Of a stretch of DNA of 59,995 bases, positions 52,700 to 59,995 are shown one piece after another. This stretch comes from Carcharhinus longimanus (taxonomy: Eukaryota): positions 57,196,839 through 57,256,833 of the forward strand of contig JASCQW010000112.1 of NCBI GenBank assembly GCA_030264375.1, read 5' to 3'. The position numbers were made by a program, and so were the translations under genes. Positions within the stretch are counted from its first letter, which is position 1; each line of letters opens with the position of its first letter. Under the pieces are notes generated by a model. That model had not been told where the DNA came from. It did not search any database and saw only the letters and a program-made list of their open reading frames with translations.

Positions 52700-53395
52700 A
52701 AACTTGTAACAAAAACAGGAAATGCTGAAAAATCTCAACAGGTCTGACAACATCTGTGGAGAGAGAACAGAGCTAATGTTTTACATCTGGATGACCCTTT
52801 GTCAGAGCTGAATACAATAAAAAGTAGAATGAGAGTTATACTGTTGTGGTGAGGTGGGGGGAACAGTGGTAGAGGGCCAGTGTTTGGTGGAGATGAAAGA
52901 GATTGGCAAAGATGTCATAGACAGAAAGACAAAGGGAATGTAAATTGGTGATCATGGCTAAGAGGGGTGCTGATAATGGCCATTAAGGGCTCAGAATGTG
53001 TAAATGACAGAGCAAAGATAAACAGAGTGTCAAAGGACAACCTGGGATATTTATCAAGATGGAAAGTGAGATTTTTAAAATGTTGCAAAATGGAAAAAAA
53101 TTAAATGAAGTGAAATAAAATCAATTGGTGGAAATGGAGTGAAGGTAGAGGAGAGAGTTCATAGTCTGAAGTTGTTGAACCCAATGTTAAAACTGAAAGA
53201 CGTGCTGGTTAGGTGCATTGGCCATGCTACATTCTCTCCGTGTACTGGAACAGGCGTTGGAGTATGGCAACTACCAGATTTTCACAATAATTTCATTTTA
53301 GTGTTAATGTAAGCTTACTTGTGACACTAATAAATAAACATAAGCCCGTAAGGCTGTCAAATACCTAATCGGAAGCTCAGGTGCTTTTCCTCCAA
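52700..53395 (-). mobile_element. Penelope-like element 3' end (GIY-YIG C-terminus plus terminal repeat), interrupted by a SINE at about 53192-53341
   Basis: Minus strand reads LEEKHLSFRLGI*QPYGL / NIGFNNFRL, matching the Penelope C-terminal pattern KLEEQHLIFRLGTLQP.GLNI.FNNFR, then the terminal sequence shared with the fold-back elements. Confidence 0.8.
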
Positions 53396-54140
53396 AGAAC
53401 AAAGAAAGAATAAAGAAAATTATAGCAGGTCCTTCAGCCCTCCAAGTCTGCACCAACCATGTTGTCTGACCGAACTAAACCCCAGCCCCCCCCCCGCCCC
53501 CAGGGACTATTTCNNNNNNNNNNNNNNNNNNNNNNNNNNNNNNNNNNNNNNNNNNNNNNNNNNNNNNNNNNNNNNNNNNNNNNNNNNNNNNNNNNNNNNN
53601 NNNNNNNNNNNNNTGAATGGCGGGGCAGGCTCGAAGGGCTAGTTGGCCTACTCCTGCTCCTATTTCTTATGTTCTTATGTTCTTATGTGATAGCAGGAGT
53701 GTGAAATTGCAGGTCTGGCATTGCCTCTGGGTCCCTGCCTGCCCAGACCTTGCAGCTATTTTATGCTGCGGTGGGCAAAGTCTCAGTTGGGAAGCCTTTT
53801 CTTTCCAAATTGAGGCCCTTGAGTAGCGAAGGGTGGGAGATGGGGCTGGGAGGGCAGGGTGGAGAGAAGCAGGCATTACCCCTCCTTATGTCTGAAGACC
53901 TCTGGAGCTCTCTCCCCTCCTCCTGAGCCTCTCACCTAGGATTCCAATCAACAACATCCCAGGCCCTCCCAATCCACACTGCCCCAAGACCGTTAACACT
54001 TACCTTTACCTCTCTGACTTGATCCTGGGCCTCCTGGAACAATTCTTCCTCTGGCCATTGCAACATCATTGCTGGGAATTGGGAAAATGTTTAAGTCCAT
54101 TATAAAGGATGTATTAGTAGAGCATTTAGATATATACGTG

Positions 54141-54416
54141 AAGTAAAAAAAAGTAAAGTATATTTATTAGTCACAGGTAAGGCTGCAATGAAGTTACTGT
54201 GAAATACTCCCTTCTGACGCCTGTTCTGGTCAATGCACCTAACCAGCATGTCTTTTGGTATATGGAAGGAAACCAGAGCACTGGAGGAAACCCACGCAGA
54301 CAAGGAAAGAACGTACAAACTCCACACAGGCAGTAACCCAAGCCTGGAATCAAATCTAGGTCCCTGGTGCTGTGAAGCAGCAGTGTTAACTAACCACTGT
54401 GCTACCATGTCGCCCC
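54141..54416 (-). mobile_element. V-SINE variant with a non-CR1 tail
   Basis: Head ggggcgacatggtagcacagtggttag and tail tttcacagtaacttcattgcagccttacctgtgactaataaatatacttt. Confidence 0.85.
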
Positions 54417-54419
54417 AAG

Positions 54420-55605
54420 CAAAGTCAGCACAAAACCTATCAGATGGAATTTAATGTAGAAAAATGGTAGGAAAAGTAAAGGAACATTAAGTATTATTTA
54501 AATGGAGAAAAAGTGCAGAAAGCTGCAACACAAAGTTATTTGGGTGTACTTGTGCATGAACCATAGGATTTTTGGGGCTTGACAGGGTAAATGCTAAGAG
54601 GAAGTTTCCCCTTACGGGAGAGTGTAGGACCAGAGAAGCACAGTCTCAAAATAAAGGGGTGCCAATTTCAGACTGAGATGAGGGTTGTGAGTCTTTGGAA
54701 CTCCTTGCCACAGAGAACTGTGGAGGCAGAGTCATTGTGTATATTGAAGGCTGGGATAAATATTTGATCAGTAAGGGAATCGAGGGTCACGGAAAAAGGG
54801 CAGGAAATTGGGTCAGAATCAACTCCTCCAATCCTTCAAGCCAGGAAGCTTGGTGCAATGAAGAGGGTAGATGACCGTACCTGAAAATAAGATACCAGCC
54901 TGGTGAAGCTACAATACAGGACTACGTTCATGCTAAGCAGCAGAAACAGCATGCTAGGGACAGACCTGAGCAATCACCCAGCCAACAAATCAGATCAAAG
55001 CTCTGCAGTCTTGCCACATCCAGTCATGAATTGTCCTAGACTTAAACAACATCCGCAAAGATGGGGGAACTTTGTGAACCAATTCAAACAACAAGGCTGA
55101 AACATTTGCAATTGATGGGGATATAAATTAAATTAGCTGGGGGATGGGTACCAACATAAAGCAATAAAAAAAGAGGCACAAAATGTAGAGGGGTGAACAT
55201 TAAATTGTATTATTCCATTGGTATCCAAATAGGTAGTGGGAGACAGAGCAGAGAATCTGCAGGGAAATCACAGATTTGTGCAAGAACTATAAATGGTGAT
55301 ATTAGGATACTTTAATGATCCAATTATTGATTAGAATAACGCTTAGGTACAGAGTTTCTGAAATGTGTTCAGGGGATCGTCCTTAACCAATATGTTCACA
55401 GTCCACTCAGGGGAAAGCTCTGCTGGATGTTGTGCTGGGGAAAAGGTGGGACAACTGTACCAGGTGTCTATGGGGGAATACTTGGCTTAAGTTGATCATC
55501 AGTCATATCACAAGGTTCAGATTAGCAATAAAGAACATGCAACAATCTAAAGTAGAACTTCTGAACTGGAAGAGGGTTAACTGCGATGGGATGAGAGGAC
55601 ATCTA
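54420..55605 (+). mobile_element. Mosaic of decayed CR1-clade fragments
   Basis: cagatggaatttaatgtagaaaa, ggggcttgacagggtaaatgc, YLKIRYQPGEATIQDY..., gagtttctgaaatgtgttcagg. Confidence 0.65.
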
Positions 55606-55609
55606 AGCA

Positions 55610-55776
55610 AAATATTGCAGATGCTGAGATCTGAAACAAAAACAGAAAATGCAGGAAAATCTCAGCAGGTTTGACAGCGTCAGAGAGAGAACAGAGCTAA
55701 CGTTTCAAATCAGGATGAGCTTTTCAGGACTTTCAGATGTTGTCAGACCTGCTGAGATTTTCCAGCATTTTTCATT
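55610..55776. mobile_element. Penelope-derived fold-back element
   Basis: gaaaatgcaggaaaatctcagcaggtttgacagc paired with gttgtcagacctgctgagattttccagcatttt. Confidence 0.8.
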
Positions 55777-56081
55777 TCTCTTGGGATCTAGCCAGCTTAA
55801 AATAGAACCTGAAACTGACAGGATAAACTGCAATGGAGCAATGGGTGATATTAAAGTAAGAGATGGGCAAAATTTCTCAGTGCCAGGGTTGCAGGAGAGA
55901 GGCACTTGGAGGGCAGGAAAATTGTAGGGAGCCACATCAGAATGGCTCCCTGACACATTTCCACCATCAGAGAGGTTTCTCAGCCGTGGGGTAACACGTG
56001 GATCAGCTGCCAAACACTCTGTATATTTAAGGGGCTCAGTCACTAAAAAGGCTCAGTGTCATACTTGATTTTTAACGCCCC

Positions 56082-56632
56082 TGTTGTGGGAAAGTCACCA
56101 CTTCGGAGTCAGACTTGGAGGTTCAACAAATAGTTTTATTCGGACAAAGCTTTGGGAGAAGCGCTGGCACTCCGCAATGCAGGCAGTCACCTTCTCAACG
56201 ACACAATGGTAGTGGAGCATCTTCTATACATTGTTAGATAATAGATAATACGGACATTAGCTGTTAGTGCATCATTACACATTGAGTAGACAAGTATGGA
56301 CATCGATAGTTAGTACATCGTCATACATAGACAAGTACGGACATTGACAGTTATCACATCATTGTACATAGATTAGATACATTTATGCATTTATGTTCCC
56401 CCATCAGTGGCTGATCGCGTTATCAAACTCATTGTTTTGGGTCTGCTTTTATCTCAAGTTTAAGGTGCCTCAAGGTCTGACCTGTTTCCCGTAGTAAATT
56501 AAACACTACAGGTTTTAACTCTTCGTGTACTGTCTCTGCCCAAAGTCAGTTCCTCTTAATGTCTTTTCCCAGAGTCCATTTTGTGCCAGGTAACCCATTT
56601 TGTGTCCCTTTAACTTTGATTTGATTCCAACA
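56082..56632 (-). mobile_element. Solo LTR, 551 bp
   Basis: Ends TGTTG...CAACA flanked by CCCC on both sides (4-bp TSD), a minus-strand AATAAA near 56135, and internal repeats of about 40 bp at 56245-56370. Confidence 0.8.
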
Positions 56633-57051
56633 CCCCTGTGAAGCCCCTTGGGACATTTCATTACATTCAAGGTGCTACATAAATATAACTTGTTGTTGTA
56701 TTTACTGAGGGTGAGGCGGCTGAAAAGATATCAATAGAAGCAAAGGCACCAGGGTTGCAAAGATGGTGAAGGTAATGATTGATGTGAAAATTGATAGGAC
56801 TGGAAAAGCTGAAGGTGCCTGGGATGGAGAAACCATCCGATGCAGATTGCCTACACCCAGGTTAACGAAAGGAATTGGGGGTGGAGATAGCGGAAGGGCA
56901 TGCTTCAGTCTTTCAACCATCCCCAGAAACAGGGGAGCGGACAGAAGATCGGAAAGTACCACAGGAGTGATACTTTTGTTCAAGAAAATGTGTAAAGACA
57001 TTCCTAGTAACTACAGACTGGGCAGTTTAACATCCGTAGTGGGTACTTTTT

Positions 57052-57378
57052 AATTCATTTTTGGGACATTGGCATCGTTGGCCAGCCAGCATTTATTGCC
57101 CATCCCTAGTTGCCTGAGGGCAGTTGAGAGTCAACCAAATTGCTGTGGCTCTGGAGTCACATGTAGGCCGGACCAGATGGCAGATTTCCTTCCCTAAAGG
57201 ATATTAATGAAAGTGGTGGAATATATCTGACAATCAACATCAGCAGATTCTTAATTCTAGATTTTAAAAAATATTGCACCATCTGCCGTGGTGGGATTCA
57301 AACATGCGTCCCCCAAACATCAGTTGAGTTTCTGGATTAATAGCCTAGCAATAATACCACGAGGCCATTGCTTCTCCT
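57052..57378 (-). mobile_element. tRNA-derived SINE with a CR1-type tail, inserted in a CR1 RT fragment (about 56920-57520); related head on the plus strand at 57522-57650
   Basis: gcatttattgcccatccctagttgcc...gagtcaacc...ctggagtcacatgtaggcc. The flanks read NYRLGSLTSVVG and HGFVK..SCLT-like. Confidence 0.7.
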
Positions 57379-57659
57379 AGTAATGCTTTAGAAACATAAT
57401 CATGAAGAGCATTGAGAGTTCTTTGGAGATTTGGAGTTAATTAAGATGAGCCACATGGATTTGTAAAAAACAGGTCATGTTTGACTAAATAAATAATTTT
57501 TTTGAGGAAGTAACAGACTTTGGGGAGGCAGCAATGTGGTGATATTGTCACTAGACTAGCAATCCAGAGACCCAGAGTAATGCTCTGGGGATCCAAATCC
57601 CACTATGAGAGATGGTGGAATTTGAATTCAGTAAAATTCTGAAGTTAAAAGTCTATTAC

Positions 57660-58440
57660 AGATTATTGCACGCCTATATGATGGATGTGCTCTTCAAAAT
57701 GGTGTTCAGGGAAGGAATCTGCAATTGAATACAACACAAATATCAGGAGCCTATATTCAATCAATGGATGGGAATTGGCAGGTTTTCCAATCAAATTTGG
57801 AGTCAGCAGAGCTGCCCTCTCTCCCCTGTCTTGTTCATTTGTGATAAGGGAATGGGTATCAGAGGGGTGTCAATCCCAGGCAGCAGAGATACTCAGGCTC
57901 AAGCCTCCACATACATGGACAATGTTGCAATTTTCTGCTTGGATCCAGTGTTGGTGTGCAGACTGGTGAATATCTACAACTGGTTCAAATCAGTCTCAGG
58001 AGACATGGTAAACCATGGCAAGAGCAAGTCTATGTTCCTTGTGCTGGGCCAACCGATTTTTTGTCACCTCCATCACCAAGTCAGTTTATCTGAAAATTCT
58101 GGGGATATGGTTCGGAGGGTCCAGAGTGTGTGCCATAAACTGGAGGGATTGGGTTAGCTATAGTAAAACCAATGTGGGAGTGATGTTTCCTCTCCATTGC
58201 AGGTAAGAACCTGGGCAGCAGGCGCCCGGAGCTCTCAATGTTGCTATACATGAAATAAGTCTGACCTATAACCCCTTGGCAGTCACCTGAGTCATCTCCC
58301 ACTTTTCCTGGAGATTGAAAATGGACTGTGATCGCTGGGACATGATGTATAAAAGTTTCAGTGAAGGGGGGAAAATGTACCCAACATTGTTCTCATCCTG
58401 ATGGGCCCCTTAATGTGTGGCTGCATCAAACTGTGTGTGG
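57660..58440 (+). mobile_element. Tx1/L1-clade LINE RT remnant
   Basis: INGWE..FPIK.GV.QSCPLSPVLF, GIRGVSIPGS..QASTYMDNV, VSG..VNHGKSKSMF, YLKILGIWFGG. Confidence 0.8.
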
Positions 58441-58821
58441 AAACTTACTAATTAGCAAACTTGCAAGCACCAAGTGTCAGCAGGACAAGAACTACCCCCA
58501 AATTCCCAATTACTGCTATGCTCTGTGCAGCCCAGTGCCAAGCTCTGGACACAGTTGTTATCCTCCTCGCCAGTTTTCAATGCTACACTCCCAGAGGTCT
58601 CCGGCTTCCTCTTCTTCTCTTTCCAGGTGTACACTCACCTGTTGTTTTGATCTTCATGTGGTTGTGTTGTGACAACCTTCTGGACCCTGGGATCCAAGAA
58701 ACAGTCCTGTATCCTAAACTGAATCCAGCTGTCCTTCAACACTCAGCGTGACTGGCTGTAGCTTGTCCTGTTAAACAGACCAGAAATAACCGAAATCTGA
58801 AGAAAGGAATGAACATGGTGG

Positions 58822-59132
58822 TCAGCATGGTGGCACAATGGTTAGCATTGCTACCTTACATTGGCAGGGACCTGGGTTCAATTCTCGGCTTCGGTCACCG
58901 TCTGTGTGGAGTTTGCACATTCTCCCCATGTCTGTGTGGGTTTCCTCTGGGTGCTCAGGTTTCCTCCCAAAGTCCAAAGATGTGCGGGTTAGGTTGATTG
59001 GCCATGCTTAATTTGAACCTTAGTGTCAGGGGAAGTAGCAGGATAAATACATGCGGCAAAAGGGATAGGGACCAGGCGGGATTGTGGTTGGTGCAGACTC
59101 AATGGCCCTCTTCTGCACTGCAGGGATTCTAT
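58822..59132 (+). mobile_element. Full-length HE1/V-SINE
   Basis: tRNA-like head, V-domain and ctgcactgcagggattctat tail. Confidence 0.9.
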
Positions 59133-59274
59133 AAACAAAAGAGATCAGATCGACCAAATAGCATAGTTGGGTTTCCATAGCTGGATATTGCTGAAAATGC
59201 AGAGAGGAACCAGCAGATGGCAGTGCATGCAGCTTGTTTCAGGAACCTCATTGGAATGCTGGTTCACCGACAGG

Positions 59275-59995
59275 ACGATGATTTGATTTGTTTATTATTG
59301 TCACATGTATTAGTACACAGTGAAAAGTATTGTTTGTTGCACTCCATACAGACTGTACATAGAGAAGGAAAGGACAGAGTGCAGAATATAATGTTACAGT
59401 CATAACTAGGATGTAGAGAAAGATTAACTTAATGCTAGGTAGGCCCATTCAAAAATCTGATGGTAGCAGAGAAGAAGTTATTCTTGAGTTGGTTGGGAAG
59501 TGACCTCAAACTTTTGTATCTTTTTCCTGATGGAAGAAAGTGGAAGAGAATATGTCCAGCTTGTGTGGAATCCTTAGCCATGCTGGTTGCTTTTCCGAGG
59601 CAGCGGAAAGTGTAGACGGTGTCAATGGATGGAAGGTTGGTTTGAGTGGTAGACTGGACTTCATTCATGATCCCTTGTAGGTTCTTGCAATCTTGGGCAC
59701 AGCAGGAGCCAAGCTCAAGCTGTGATGCAACTAGAAAGTATGCTTTCTTTCTATAAAAGTTGGTGAGAGTTATAGCGACATGCCAAATTTCCTTAGTCTC
59801 CTGAGAAAGTAGAGGCATTAGTGGGTTTTCTTAACTATAGCATCAGCATGGAGGGACCAGGACAGGTTGTTGGTGATCTGGACACATAAAAAACAGAAGC
59901 ACTCGACCATTTCTACTTCATCCCCATTGATGTAGACAGGGGCATGCCCTCCACCACACTTCCTGAAGTCGATGATTATCTCCTTCATTTTGTTG
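59275..59995 (-). mobile_element. Rex1/Babar-clade LINE 3' end
   Basis: TLTNFYR...AQDCKNLQ...TNLPSIDTVYTFRCLGKA...LFHFLPSGKRYKSLRS..NQLKNNFF..IRFLN, followed by a (caaat)n tail. Confidence 0.85.

Overview
This is vertebrate genomic DNA, almost certainly from a shark or other elasmobranch, judged by HE1/V-SINEs, Deu-domain SINEs, CR1/HER1-type LINEs and Penelope tails. It comes from a draft assembly with eight N-gaps. Only one protein-coding gene is recognisable: the single-coding-exon INAFM2 (InaF-motif transmembrane protein, minus strand, 13461-14102, 213 aa), with candidate polyA signals and an upstream-ATG-rich 5' leader. Most of the remainder is nested, decayed transposable elements: CR1, L2, Rex/Babar, Tx1, Penelope, three Gypsy remnants, solo LTRs, PIF/Harbinger fossils and MITEs, and many SINEs. 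I found no clearly new biological system. The best leads are (1) a diverged tRNA-Lys(UUU) copy with two compensatory base-pair swaps, (2) Penelope-derived fold-back elements whose consensus rebuilds a minimal hammerhead ribozyme core, (3) an AG|GTGAGT recursive-splice-like site plus a 45-nt exon-like unit hinting at an unannotated plus-strand transcript, and (4) V-SINEs with one head but two different LINE-type tails. All calls are by eye and repeat boundaries are approximate.
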